A DNA stretch of 64,000 nucleotides from contig OZ024764.1 in assembly GCA_964016885.1 (NCBI GenBank), positions 28,396,001-28,460,000 on the forward strand, given 5' to 3'. A model generated the notes under the pieces. That model saw only the letters and a list, made by a program, of their open reading frames with translations. It did no database searches and was not told where the DNA came from. Numbering within the stretch: the stretch's first letter is position 1; every line of letters starts with the position of its first letter. Below, one piece after another: positions 1 through 15,000 of the stretch. Source of the stretch: Eledone cirrhosa (taxonomy: Eukaryota). Made by a program: the position numbers and the translations under genes.

Positions 1-3000
1 GGACAGCCCATTGTCGCCTCTATTCAGCACTGCTAAATGCTGTTTTGTGCAGGTCATAGAAGAGCGTATACATTTTTGTGGGACAGCCCGTTGTCGCCAC
101 TATTCAGCACTTCTAAATGCAGTTTTGTGCAGGTCATCGAAGAGCGTATACATTTTTATGGGACAGCCCGTTGTCGCCACTATTCAGCACTTCTAAATGC
201 TGTTTTATGCAGGTCATACAAGAGCGTATACATTTTTGTGGGACAGCTCGTTGTCGCCTCCTTTCAGCACTTCTAAATGCTGCTTTGTGCAGGTCATCGA
301 AGAGCGTATATATTTTTGTGGGACAGCCCGTTGTCGCCTCTATTCAGCACTTCTAAATGCTGTTTTGTGCAGGTAATAGAAGAGCGTATACATTTTTGTG
401 GGACAGCCCGTTGTCGCCTCTATTCATCACTCCTAAATGCTGTTTTATGCAGGTCATACAAGAGCGTATACATTTTTGTGGGACAGCCCATTGTCGCCTC
501 TATTCAGCACTTCTAAATGCTGTTTTATGCAGGTCATACAAGAGCGTATACATTTTTGTGAGACAGCCCGTTGTCGCCTCTATTTAGCACTCCTAAATGC
601 TGTTTTATGCAGGTCATACAAGAGCGTATACATTTTTGTGGGACAGCTCGTTGTCGCCACTTCTAAATGCTGTTTTGTGCCGGTCATAGAAGAGCGTATA
701 CATTTTTGTGGGACAGCCCATTGTCGCCTCTATTCAGCACTTCTAAATGCTGTTTTGTGCAGGTCATCGAAGAGCGTATACATTTTTGTGGGACAGCCCA
801 TTGTCGCCTCTATTCAGCACTGCTAAATGCTGTTTTGTGCAGGTCATAGAAGAGCGTATACATTTTTGTGGGACAGCCCGTTGTCGCCACTATTCAGCAC
901 TTCTAAATGCAGTTTTGTGCAGGTCATCGAAGAGCGTATACATTTTTATGGGACAGCCCGTTGTCGCCACTATTCAGCACTTCTAAATGCTGTTTTATGC
1001 AGGTCATACAAGAGCGTATACATTTTTGTGGGACAGCCCGTTGTCGCCTCCTTACAGCACTTCTAAATGCTGTTTTGTGCAGGTCATCGAAGAGCGTATA
1101 CATTTTTGTGGGACAGCTTTTTGACGCCTCTATTCAGCACTTCTAAATGCTGTTTTATGCAGGTCATCGAAGAGGGTATACATTTTTGTGGGACAGCCCG
1201 TTGTCGCCTCTATTCAGCACTTCTAAATGCTGTTTTATGCAGGTCATCGAAGAGCGTATACATTTTTGTGGGACAGCTCGTTGTTGCCTCCTTTCAGCAC
1301 TTCTAAATGCTGCTTTGTGCAGGTCATCGAAGAGCGTATACATTTTTGTGGGACAGCCCTTTGCCGCCTCTATTCAGCACTTCTAAATGCTGCTTTGTGC
1401 AGGTCATAGAAGAGCGTATACATTTTTGTGGGACAGCCCGTTGTCGCCTCCTTACAGCACTTCTAAATGCTGTTTTGTGCAGGTCATCGAAGAGCGTATA
1501 CATTTTTGTGGGACAGCTTTTTGACGCCTCTATTCAGCACTTCTAAATGCTGTTTTATGCAGGTCATCGAAGAGCGTATACATTTTTGTGGGACAGCCCG
1601 TTGTCGCCTCTATTCAGCACTTCTAAATGCTGTTTTATGCAGGTCATCGAAGAGCATATACATTTTTGTGGGACAGCTCGTTGTTGCCTCCTTTCAGCAC
1701 TTCTAAATGCTGCTTTGTGCAGGTCATCGAAGAGCGTATACATTTTTGTGGGACAGCCCTTTGCCGCCTCTATTCAGCACTTCTAAATGCTGCTTTGTGC
1801 AGGTCATAGAAGAGTGTATACATTTTTGTGGGACAGCCCGTTGTCGCCTCCTTACAGCACTTCTAAATGCTGTTTTGTGCAGGTCATCGAAGAGCGTATA
1901 CATTTTTGTGGGACAGCCCTTTGTCGCCTCTATTCAGCACGTCTAAATGCTGTTTTGGGCAGGTCATAGAAGAGTGTATACATTTTTGTGGGACAGCCCT
2001 TTGCCGCCTATATTCAGCACTCCTAAATGCTGTTTTGGGCAGGTCATAGAAGAGCGTATACATTTTTGTGGGACAGCCCGTTGTCGCCTTTATTCATCAC
2101 TTGTAAATGCTGTTTTGTGCAGCTCATAGAAGAGCGTATACATTTTTGTGGGACAGCCCTTTGTCGCCTCCCTACACCACTTCTAAGTGCTGCTTTGTGC
2201 AGGTCATCGAAGAGCGTATACATTTTTGTGGAACAGCCCGTTGTCGCCTCCCTACAGCACTTCTAAGTGCTGCTTTGAGCAGGTCATAGAAGAGCGTATA
2301 CATTTTTGTGGGACAGCCCGTTGTCGCCTCTATTCAGCACTTCTAAATGCTGCTTTTTGCAGGTCATAGAAGAGCGTATACATTTTTGTGGGACAGCTCA
2401 TTGTCGCCTCCTTTCAGCACTTCTAAATGCTGCTTTGTGCAGGTCATCGAAGAGCGTATACATTTTTGTGGGACAGCCCGTTATCGCCTCTATTCAGCAC
2501 TTGTAAATGCTGCTTTTTGCAGGTCATAGAAGAGCGTATACATTTTTGTGGGACAGCCCGTTGTCGCCTCCCTACAGCACTTCTAAGTGCTGCTTTGTGC
2601 AGGTCATAGAAGAGCGTATATATTTTTGTGGGACAGCCCGTTGTCGCCTCTATTCAGCACTTCTAAATGCTGCTTTTTGCAGGTCATAGAAGAGCGTATA
2701 CATTTTTGTGGGACAGCCAGTTGTCGCCTCCTTACAGCACTTCTAAATGCTGTTTTGTGCAGGTCATCGAAGAGCGTATACATTTTTGTGGGACAGCCCG
2801 TTGTCGCCACTATTCAGCACTTCTAAATGCTGTTTTGTGCAGGTCATCGAAGAGCGTATACATTTTTATGGGACAGCCCGTTGTTGCCACTATTCAGCAC
2901 TTCTAAATGCTGTTTTGTGCCGGTCATAGAAGAGCGTATACATTTTTGTGGGACAGCCCGTTGTCGCCTCTATTCAGCACTTCTACATGCTGTTTTGGGC

Positions 3001-6000
3001 AGGTCATCGAAGAGCGTATACATTTTTGTGGGACAGCCCGTTGTCGCCTCCCTACAGCACTTCTAAGTGCTGCTTTGTGCAGGTCATCGAAGAGCGTATA
3101 CATTTTTGTGGGACAGCCCGTTGTCGCTTCCCTACAGCACTTCTAAGTGCTGCTTTGTGCAGCTCATAGAAGAGTGTATACATTTTTGTGGGACAGCCCG
3201 TTGTCGCCTCTATTCAGCACTTCTAAATGCTGTTTTGTGCAGGTAATAGAAGAGCGTATACATTTTTGTGGGACAGCCCGTTGTCGCCTCTATTCATCAC
3301 TCCTAAATGCTGTTTTATGCAGGTCATACAAGAGCGTATACATTTTTGTGGGACAGCCCATTGTCGCCTCTATTCAGCACTTCTAAATGCTGTTTTATGC
3401 AGGTCATACAAGAGCGTATACATTTTTGTGGGACAGCCCGTTGTCGCCTCTATTTAGCACTCCTAAATGCTGTTTTATGCAGGTCATACAAGAGCGTATA
3501 CATTTTTGTGGGACAGCTCGTTGTCGCCACTTCTAAATGCTGTTTTGTGCCGGTCATAGAAGAGCGTATACATTTTTGTGGGACAGCCCATTGTCGCCTC
3601 TATTCAGCACTTCTAAATGCTGTTTTGTGCAGGTCATCGAAGAGCGTATACATTTTTGTGGGACAGCCCATTGTCGCCTCTATTCAGCACTGCTAAATGC
3701 TGTTTTGTGCAGGTCATAGAAGAGCGTATACATTTTTGTGGGACAGCCCGTTGTCGCCACTATTCAGCACTTCTAAATGCAGTTTTGTGCAGGTCATCGA
3801 AGAGCGTATACATTTTTATGGGACAGCCCGTTGTCGCCACTATTCAGCACTTCTAAATGCTGTTTTATGCAGGTCATACAAGAGCGTATACATTTTTGTG
3901 GGACAGCTCGTTGTCGCCTCCTTTCAGCACTTCTAAATGCTGCTTTGTGCAGGTCATCGAAGAGCGTATACATTTTTGTGGGACAGCCCGTTGTCGCCTC
4001 TATTCAGCACTCCTAAATGCTGTTTTATGCAGGTCATACAAGAGCGTATACATTTTTATGGGACAGCCCGTTGTCGCCTTTATTCAGCACTTGCAAATGC
4101 TGTTTTGTGCATGTCATCGAAGAGCGTATACATTTTTGTGGGACAGCCCGTTGTCGCCTCCCTACACCACTTCTAAGTGGTTTTGTGCAGGTCATAGAAG
4201 AGCGTATACATTTTTGTGGGACAGCCCGTTGTCGCCTTTATTCAGCACTTCTAAATGCTGTTTTGGGCAGGTCATAGAAGAGCGTATACATTTTTGTGGG
4301 ACAGCCCGTTGTCGCCTTTATTCATCACTTCTAAATGCTGTTTTGGGCAGGTCATAGAAGAGTGTATACATTTTTGTGGGACAGCTCGTTGTCGCCTCCT
4401 TTCAGCACTTCTAAATGCTGCTTTGTGCAGGTCATCGAAGAGCGCATACATTTTTGTGGGACAGCCCTTTGCCGCCTCTATTCATCACTTCTAAATGCTG
4501 TTTGGGCAGGTCATAGAAGAGCGTATACATTTTTGTGGGACAGCCCGTTGTTGCCTCCCTACAGCACTTCTAAGTGCTGCTTTGTGCAGGTCATCGAAGA
4601 GCGTATACATTTTTGTGGGACAGCCCTTTGTCGCCTCTATTCAGCACGTCTAAATGCTGTTTTGGGCAGGTCATAGAAGAGTGTATACATTTTTGTGGGA
4701 CAGCCCTTTGCCGCCTATATTCAGCACTCCTAAATGCTGTTTTGTGCAGGTCATCGAAGAGCGTATACATTTTTGTGGGACAGCCTGTTGTCGCTTCCCT
4801 ACACCACTTCTAAGTGCTGCTTTGTGCAGCTCATAGAAGAGTGTATACATTTTTGTGGGACAGCCCGTTGTCGCCTCTATTCAGCACTTCTAAATGCTGT
4901 TTTGTGCAGGTCATACAAGAGCGTATACATTTTTGTGGGACAGCCCGTTGTCGCCTCTATTCAGCACTTCTAAATGCTGTTTTATGCAGGTCATACAAGA
5001 GCGTATACATTTTTGTGGGACAGCCCGTTGTCGCCTCTATTTAGCACTCCTAAATGCTGTTTTATGCAGGTCATACAAGAACGTATACATTTTTGTGGGA
5101 CAGCTCGTTGTCGCCACTACTCAGCACTTCTAAATGCTGTTTTGTGCCGGTCATAGAAGAGCGTATACATTTTTGTGGGACAGCCCATTGTCGCCTCTAT
5201 TCAGCACTTCTAAATGCTGTTTTGTGCAGGTCATCGAAGAGCGTATACATTTTTGTGGGACAGCCCATTGTCGCCTCTATTCAGCACTGCTAAATGCTGT
5301 TTTGTGCAGGTCATAGAAGAGCGTATACATTTTTGTGGGACAGCCCGTTGTCGCCAATATTCAGCACTTCTAAATGCAGTTTTGTGCAGGTCATCGAAGA
5401 GCGTATACATTTTTATGGGACAGCCCGTTGTCGCCACTATTCAGCACTTCTAAATGCTGTTTTATGCAGGTCATACAAGAGCGTATACATTTTTGTGGGA
5501 CAGCTCGTTGTCGCCTCCTTTCAGCACTTCTAAATGCTGCTTTGTGCAGGTCATCGAAGAGCGTATACATTTTTGTGGGACAGCCCGTTGTCGCCTCTAT
5601 TCAGCACTCCTAAATGCTGTTTTATGCAGGTCATACAAGAGCGTATACATTTTTATGGGACAGCCCGTTGTCGCCTTTATTCAGCACTTGCAAATGCTGT
5701 TTTGTGCATGTCATCGAAGAGCGTATACATTTTTGTGGGACAGCCCGTTGTCGCCTCCCTACACCACTTCTAAGTGGTTTTGTGCAGGTCATAGAAGAGC
5801 GTATACATTTTTGTGGGACAGCCCGTTGTCGCCTTTATTCAGCACTTCTAAATGCTGTTTTGGGCAGGTCATAGAAGAGCGTATACATTTTTGTGGGACA
5901 GCCCGTTGTCGCCTTTATTCAGCACTTCTAAATGCTGTTTTGGGCAGGTCATAGAAGAGTGTATACATTTTTGTGGGACAGCTCGTTGTCGCCTCCTTTC

Positions 6001-9000
6001 AGCACTTCTAAATGCTGCTTTGTGCAGGTCATCGAAGAGCGCATACATTTTTGTGGGACAGCCCTTTGCCGCCTCTATTCATCACTTCTAAATGCTGTTT
6101 GGGCAGGTCATAGAAGAGCGTATACATTTTTGTGGGACAGCCCGTTGTTGCCTCCCTACAGCACTTCTAAGTGCTGCTTTGTGCAGGTCATAGAAGAGCG
6201 TATACATTTTTGTGGGACAGCCCGTTGTCGCCTCCTTACAGCACTTCTAAATGCTGTTTTGTGCAGGTCATCGAAGAGCGTATACATTTTTGTGGGACAG
6301 CTTTTTGACGCCTCTATTCAGCACTTCTAAATGCTGTTTTATGCAGGTCATCGAAGAGCGTATACATTTTTGTGGGACAGCCCGTTGTCGCCTCTATTCA
6401 GCACTTCTAAATGCTGTTTTATGCAGGTCATCGAAGAGCGTATACATTTTTGTGGGACAGCTCGTTGTTGCCTCCTTTCAGCACTTCTAAATGCTGCTTT
6501 GTGCAGGTCATCGAAGAGCATATACATTTTTGTGGGACAGCCCTTTGCCGCCTCTATTCAGCACTTCTAAATGCTGCTTTGTGCAGGTCATAGAAGAGTG
6601 TATACATTTTTGTGGGACAGCCCGTTGTCGCCTCCTTACAGCACTTCTAAATGCTGTTTTGTGCAGGTCATCGAAGAGCGTATACATTTTTGTGGGACAG
6701 CCCTTTGTCGCCTCTATTCAGCACGTCTAAATGCTGTTTTGGGCAGGTCATAGAAGAGCGTATACATTTTTGTGGGACAGCCCGTTGTCGCCTTTATTCA
6801 GCACTTGTAAATGCTGTTTTGTGCAGCTCATAGAAGAGCGTATACATTTTTGTGGGACAGCCCATTGTCGCCTCCCTACAGCACTTCTAAGTGCTGCTTT
6901 GAGCAGGTCATAGAAGAGCGTATACATTTTTGTGGGACAGCCCGTTGTCGCCTCTATTCAGCACTTCTAAATGCTGCTTTTTGCAGGTCATAGAAGAGCG
7001 TATACATTTTTGTGGGACAGCTCATTGTCGCCTCCTTTCAGCACTTCTAAATGCTGCTTTGTGCAGGTCATCGAAGAGCGTATACATTTTTGTGGGACAG
7101 CCCGTTATCGCCTCTATTCAGCACTTCTAAATGCTGCTTTTTGCAGGTCATAGAAGAGCGTATACATTTTTGTGGGACAGCCAGTTGTCGCCTCCTTACA
7201 ACACTTCTAAATGCTGTTTTGTGCAGGTCATCGAAGAGCGTATACATTTTTGTGGGACAGCCCGTTGTCGCCTCTCTTCAGCACTTCTACATGCTGTTTT
7301 GGGCAGGTCATAGAAGAGCGTATACATTTTTGTGGGACAGCCCGTTGTCGCCACTATTCAGCACTTCTAAATGCTGTTTTGTGCAGGTCATCGAAGAGCG
7401 TATACATTTTTATGGGACAGCCCGTTGTTGCCACTATTCAGCACTTCTAAATGCTGTTTTGTGCCGGTCATAGAAGAGCGTATACATTTTTGTGGGACAG
7501 CCCGTTGTCGCCTCTATTCAGCACTTCTACATGCTGTTTTGGGCAGGTCATCGAAGAGCGTATACATTTTTGTGGGACAGCCCGTTGTCGCCTCCCTACA
7601 GCACTTCTAAGTGCTGCTTTGTGCAGGTCATCGAAGAGCGTATACATTTTTGTGGGACAGCCCGTTGTCGCTTCCCTACAGTACTTCTAAGTGCTGCTTT
7701 GTGCAGCTCATAGAAGAGTGTATACATTTTTGTGGGACAGCCCGTTGTCGCCTCTATTCAGCACTTCTAAATGCTGTTTTGTGCAGGTCATAGAAGAGCA
7801 TATACATTTTTGTGGGACAGCCCGTTGTCGCCTCTATTCATCACTCCTAAATGCTGTTTTATGCAGGTCATACAAGAGCGTATACATTTTTGTGGGACAG
7901 CCCGTTGTCGCCTCTATTCAGCACTTCTAAATGCTGTTTTATGCAGGTCATACAAGAGCGTATACATTTTTGTGGGACAGCCCGTTGTCGCGTCTATTTA
8001 GCACTCCTAAATGCTGTTTTATGCAGGTCATACAAGAGCGTATACATTTTTGTGGGACAGCTTGTTGTCGCCACTACTCAGCACTTCTAAATGCTGTTTT
8101 GTGCCGGTCATAGAAGAGCGTATACATTTTTGTGGGACAGCCCATTGTCGCCTCTATTCAGCACTTCTAAATGCTGTTTTGTGCAGGTCATCGAAGAGCG
8201 TATACATTTTTGTGGGACAGCCCATTGTCGCCTCTATTCAGCACTGCTAAATGCTGTTTTGTGCAGGTCATAGAAGAGCGTATACATTTTTGTGGGACAG
8301 CCCGTTGTCGCCACTATTCAGCACTTCTAAATGCAGTTTTGTGCAGGTCATCGAAGAGCGTATACATTTTTATGGGACAGCCCGTTGTCGCCACTATTCA
8401 GCACTTCTAAATGCTGTTTTATGCAGGTCATACAAGAGCGTATACATTTTTGTGGGACAGCTCGTTGTCGCCTCCTTTCAGCGCTTCTAAATGCTGCTTT
8501 GTGCAGGTCATCGAAGAGCGTATACATTTTTGTGGGACAGCCCGTTGTCGCCTCTATTCAGCACTCCTAAATGCTGTTTTATGCAGGTCATACAAGAGCG
8601 TATACATTTTTATGGGACAGCCCGTTGTCGCCTTTATTCAGCAATTGCAAATGCTGTTCTGTGCATGTCATCGAAGAGCGTATACATTTTTGTGGGACAG
8701 CCCGTTGTCGCCTCCCTACACCACTTCTAAGTGGTTTTGTGCAGGTCATAGAAGAGCGTATACATTTTTGTGGGACAGCCCGTTGTCGCCTTTATTCAGC
8801 ACTTCTAAATGCTGTTTTGGGCAGGTCATAGAAGAGTGTATACATTTTTGTGGGACAGCTCGTTGTCGCCTCCTTTCAGCACTTCTAAATGCTGCTTTGT
8901 GCAGGTCATCGAAGAGCGCATACATTTTTGTGGGACAGCCCTTTGCCGCCTCTATTCAGCACTTCTAAATGCTGTTTGGGCAGGTCATAGAAGAGCGTAT

Positions 9001-12000
9001 ACATTTTTGTGGGACAGCCCGTTGTTGCCTCCCTACAGCACTTCTAAGTGCTGCTTTGTGCAGGTCATAGAAGAGCGTATACATTTTTGTGGGACAGCCC
9101 GTTGTCGCCTCCTTACAGCACTTCTAAATCCTGTTTTGTGCAGGTCATCGAAGAGCGTATACATTTTTGTGGGACAGCTTTTTGACGCCTCTATTCAGCA
9201 CTTCTAAATGCTGTTTTATGCAGGTCATCGAAGAGCGTATACATTTTTGTGGGACAGCCCGTTGTCGCCTCTATTCAGCACTTCTAAATGCTGTTTTATG
9301 CAGGTCATCGAAGAGCGTATACATTTTTGTGGGACAGCTCGTTGTTGCCTCCTTTCAGCACTTCTAAATGCTGCTTTGTGCAGGTCATCGAAGAGCGTAT
9401 ACATTTTTGTGGGACAGCCCTTTGCCGCCTCTATTCAGCACTTCTAAATGCTGCTTTGTGCAGGTCATAGAAGAGTGTATACATTTTTGTGGGACAGCCC
9501 GTTGTCGCCTCCTTACAGTACTTCTAAATGCTGTTTTGTGCAGGTCATCGAAGAGCGTATACATTTTTGTGGGACAGCCCTTTGTCGCCTCTATTCAGCA
9601 CGTCTAAATGCTGTTTTGGGCAGGTCATAGAAGAGTGTATACATTTTTGTGGGACAGCCCTTTGCCGCCTATATTCAGCACTCCTAAATGCTGTTTTGGG
9701 CAGGTCATAGAAGAGCGTATACATTTTTGTGGGACAGCCCGTTGTCGCCTTTATTCATCACTTGTAAATGCTGTTTTGTGCAGCTCATAGAAGAGCGTAT
9801 ACATTTTTGTGGGACAGCCCTTTGTCGCCTCCCTACACCACTTCTAAGTGCTGCTTTGTGCAGGTCATCGAAGAGCGTATACATTTTTGTGGGACAGCCC
9901 GTTGTCGCCTCCCTACAGCACTTCTAAGTGCTGCTTTGAGCAGGTCATAGAAGAGCGTATACATTTTTGTGGGACAGCCCGTTGTCGCCTCTATTCAGCA
10001 CTTCTAAATGCTGCTTTTTGCAGGTCATAGAAGAGCGTATACATTTTTGTGGGACAGCTCATTGTCGCCTCCTTTCAGCACTTCTAAATGCTGCTTTGTG
10101 CAGGTCATCGAAGAGCGTATACATTTTTGTGGGACAGCCCATTATCGCCTCTATTCAGCACTTCTAAATGCTGCTTTTTGCAGGTCATAGAAGAGCGTAT
10201 ACATTTTTGTGGGACAGCCCGTTGTCGCCTCTATTTAGCACTTCTAAATGCTGCTTTTTGCAGGTCATAGAAGAGCGTATACATTTTTGTGGGACAGCCC
10301 GTTGTCGCCTCCATACAGCACTTCTAAGTGCTGCTTTGTGCAGGTCATAGAAGAGCGTATACATTTTTGTGGGACAGCCCGTTGTCGCCTCTATTCAGCA
10401 CTTCTAAATGCTGCTTTTTGCAGGTCATAGAAGAGCGTATACATTTTTGTGGGACAGCCAGTTGTCGCCTCCTTACAGCACTTCTAAATGCTGTTTTGTG
10501 CAGGTCATCGAAGAGCGTATACATTTTTGTGGGACAGCCCGTTGTCGCCTCTATTCAGCACTTCTACATGCTGTTTTGGGCAGGTCATAGAAGAGCGTAT
10601 ACATTTTTGTGGGACAGCCCGTTGTCGCCACTATTCAGCACTTCTAAATGCTGTTTTGTGCAGGTCATCGAAGAGCGTATACATTTTTATGGGACAGCCC
10701 GTTGTTGCCACTATTCAGCACTTCTAAATGCTGTTTTGTGCCGGTCATAGAAGAGCGTATACATTTTTGTGGGACAGCCCGTTGTCGCCTCTATTCAGCA
10801 CTTCTACATGCTGTTTTGGGCAGGTCATCGAAGAGCGTATACATTTTTGTGGGACAGCCCGTTGTCGCCTCCCTACAGCACTTCTAAGTGCTGCTTTGTG
10901 CAGGTCATCGAAGAGCGTATACATTTTTGTGGGACAGCCCGTTGTCGCTTCCCTACACCACTTCTAAGTGCTGCTTTGTGCAGCTCATAGAAGAGTGTAT
11001 ACATTTTTGTGGGACAGCCCGTTGTCGCCTCTATTCAGCACTTCTAAATGCTGTTTTGTGCAGGTCATACAAGAGCGTATACATTTTTGTGGGACAGCCC
11101 GTTGTCGCCTCTATTCAGCACTTCTAAATGCTGTTTTATGCAGGTCATACAAGAGCGTATACATTTTTGTGGGACAGCCCGTTGTCGCCTCTATTTAGCA
11201 CTCCTAAATGCTGTTTTATGCAGGTCATACAAGAGCATATACATTTTTGTGGGACAGCTCGTTGTCGCCACTACTCAGCACTTCTAAATGCTGTTTTGTG
11301 CCGGTCATAGAAGAGCGTATACATTTTTGTGGGACAGCCCATTGTCGCCTCTATTCAGCACTTCTAAATGCTGTTTTGTGCAGGTCATCGAAGAGCGTAT
11401 ACATTTTTGTGGGACAGCCCATTGTCGCCTCTATTCAGCACTGCTAAATGCTGTTTTGTGCAGGTCATAGAAGAGCGTATACATTTTTGTGGGACAGCCC
11501 GTTGTCGCCACTATTCAGCACTTCTAAATGCAGTTTTGTGCAGGTCATCGAAGAGCGTATACATTTTTATGGGACAGCCCGTTGTCGCCACTATTCAGCA
11601 CTTCTAAATGCTGTTTTATGCAGGTCATACAAGAGCGTATACATTTTTGTGGGACAGCTCGTTGTCGCCTCCTTTCAGCACTTCTAAATGCTGCTTTGTG
11701 CAGGTCATCGAAGAGCGTATACATTTTTGTGGGACAGCCCGTTGTCGCCTCTATTCAGCACTCCTAAATGCTGTTTTATGCAGGTCATACAAGAGCGTAT
11801 ACATTTTTATGGGACAGCCCGTTGTCGCCTTTATTCAGCACTTGCAAATGCTGTTTTGTGCATGTCATCGAAGAGCGTATACATTTTTGTGGGACAGCCC
11901 GTTGTCGCCTCCCTACACCACTTCTAAGTGGTTTTGTGCAGGTCATAGAAGAGCGTATACATTTTTGTGGGACAGCCCGTTGTCGCCTTTATTCAGCACT

Positions 12001-15000
12001 TCTAAATGCTGTTTTGGGCAGGTCATAGAAGAGCGTATACATTTTTGTGGGACAGCCCGTTGTCGCCTTTATTCAGTACTTCTAAATGCTGTTTTGGGCA
12101 GGTCATAGAAGAGTGTATACATTTTTGTGGGACAGCTCGTTGTCGCCTCCTTTCAGCACTTCTAAATGCTGCTTTGTGCAGGTCATCGAAGAGCGCATAC
12201 ATTTTTGTGGGACAGCCCTTTGCCGCCTCTATTCATCACTTCTAAATGCTGTTTGGGCAGGTCATAGAAGAGCGTATACATTTTTGTGGGACAGCCCGTT
12301 GTTGCCTCCCTACAGCACTTCTAAGTGCTGCTTTGTGTAGGTCATAGAAGAGCGTATACATTTTTGTGGGACAGCCCGTTGTCGCCTCCTTACAGTACTT
12401 CTAAATGCTGTTTTGTGCAGGTCATCGAAGAGCGTATACATATTTGTGGGACAGCCCTTTGTCGCCTCTATTCAGCACGTCTAAATGCTGTTTTGGGCAG
12501 GTCATAGAAGAGTGTATACATTTTTGTGGGACAGCCCTTTGCCGCCTATATTCAGCACTCCTAAATGCTGTTTTGGGCAGGTCATAGAAGAGCGTATACA
12601 TTTTTGTGGGACAGCCCGTTGTCGCCTTTATTCAGCACTTGTAAATGCTGTTTTGTGCAGCTCATAGAAGAGCGTATACATTTTTGTGGGACAGCCCTTT
12701 GTCGCCTCCCTACACCACTTCTAAGTGCTGCTTTGTGCAGGTCATCGAAGAGCGTATACATTTTTGTGGGACAGCCCGTTGTCGCCTCCCTACAGCACTT
12801 CTAAGTGCTGCTTTGAGCAGGTCATAGAAGAGCGTATACATTTTTGTGGGACAGCCCGTTGTCGCCTCTATTCAGCACTTCTAAATGCTGCTTTTTGCAG
12901 GTCATAGAAGAGCGTATACATTTTTGTGGGACAGCTCATTGTCGCCTCCTTTCAGCACTTCTAAATGCTGCTTTGTGCAGGTCATCGAAGAGCGTATACA
13001 TTTTTGTGGGACAGCCCATTATCGCCTCTATTCAGCACTTCTAAATGCTGCTTTTTGCAGGTCATAGAAGAGCGTATACATTTTTGTGGGACAGCCCGTT
13101 GTCGCCTCTATTTAGCACTTCTAAATGCTGCTTTTTGCAGGTCATAGAAGAGCGTATACATTTTTGTGGGACAGCCCGTTGTCGCCTCCATACAGCACTT
13201 CTAAGTGCTGCTTTGTGCAGGTCATAGAAGAGCGTATACATTTTTGTGGGACAGCCCGTTGTCGCCTCTATTCAGCACTTCTAAATGCTGCTTTTTGCAG
13301 GTCATAGAAGAGCGTATACATTTTTGTGGGACAGCCAGTTGTCGCCTCCTTACAGCACTTCTAAATGCTGTTTTGTGCAGGTCATCGAAGAGCGTATACA
13401 TTTTTGTGGGACAGCCCGTTGTCGCCTCTATTCAGCACTTCTACATGCTGTTTTGGGCAGGTCATAGAAGAGCGTATACATTTTTGTGGGACAGCCCGTT
13501 GTCGCCACTATTCAGCACTTCTAAATGCTGTTTTGTGCAGGTCATCGAAGAGCGTATACATTTTTGTGGGACAGCCCGTTGTCGCCTCTAATCAGCACTT
13601 CTACATGCTGTTTTGGGCAGGTCATCGAAGAGCGTATACATTTTTGTGGGACAGCCCGTTGTTGCCACTATTCAGCACTTCTAAATGCTGTTTTGTGCCG
13701 GTCATAGAAGAGCGTATACATTTTTGTGGGACAGCTCGTTGTCGCCTCTATTCAGCACTTCTACATGCTGTTTTGGGCAGGTCATCGAAGAGCGTATACA
13801 TTTTTGTGGGACAGCCCGTTGTCGCCTCCCTACAGCACTTCTAAGTGCTGCTTTGTGCAGGTCATCGAAGAGCGTATACATTTTTGTGGGACAGCCCGTT
13901 GTCGCTTCCCTACAGCACTTCCAAGTGCTGCTTTGTGCAGCTCATAGAAGAGTGTATACATTTTTGTGGGACAGCCCGTTGTCGCCTCTATTTAGCACTT
14001 CTAAATGCTGTTTTGTGCAGGTCATAGAAGAGCGTATACATTTTTGTGGGACAGCCCGTTGTCGCCTCTATTCAGCACTTCTAAATGCTGTTTTATGCAG
14101 GTCATCGAAGAGCGTATACATTTTTGTGGGACAGCTCGTTGTTGCCTCCTTTCAACACTTCTAAATGCTGCTTTGTGCAGGTCATCGAAGAGCGTATACA
14201 TTTTTGTGGGACAGCCCTTTGCCGCCTCTATTCAGCACTTCTAAATGCTGCTTTGTGCAGGTCATAGAAGAGTGTATACATTTTTGTGGGACAGCCCGTT
14301 GTCGCCTCCTTACAGTACTTCTAAATGCTGTTTTGTGCAGGTCATCGAAGAGCGTATACATTTTTGTGGGACAGCCCTTTGTCGCCTCTATTCAGCACGT
14401 CTAAATGCTGTTTTGGGCAGGTCATAGAAGAGTGTATACATTTTTGTGGGACAGCCCTTTGCCGCCTATATTCAGCACTCCTAAATGCTGTTTTGGGCAG
14501 GTCATAGAAGAGCGTATACATTTTTGTGGGACAGCCCGTTGTCGCCTTTATTCAGCACTTGTAAATGCTGTTTTGTGCAGCTCATAGAAGAGCGTATACA
14601 TTTTTGTGGGACAGCCCTTTGTCGCCTCCCTACACCACTTCTAAGTGCTGCTTTGTGCAGGTCATCGAAGAGCGTATACATTTTTGTGGGACAGCCCGTT
14701 GTCGCCTCCCTACAGCACTTCTAAGTGCTGCTTTGTGCAGGTCATCGAAGAGCGTATACATTTTTGTGGGACAGCCCGTTGTCGCCTCCCTACAGCACTT
14801 CTAAGTGCTGCTTTGAGCAGGTCATAGAAGAGCGTATACATTTTTGTGGGACAGCCCGTTGTCGCCTCTATTCAGCACTTCTAAATGCTGCTTTTTGCAG
14901 GTCATAGAAGAGCGTATACATTTTTGTGGGACAGCTCATTGTCGCCTCCTTTCAGCACTTCTAAATGCTGCTTTGTGCAGGTCATCGAAGAGCGTATACA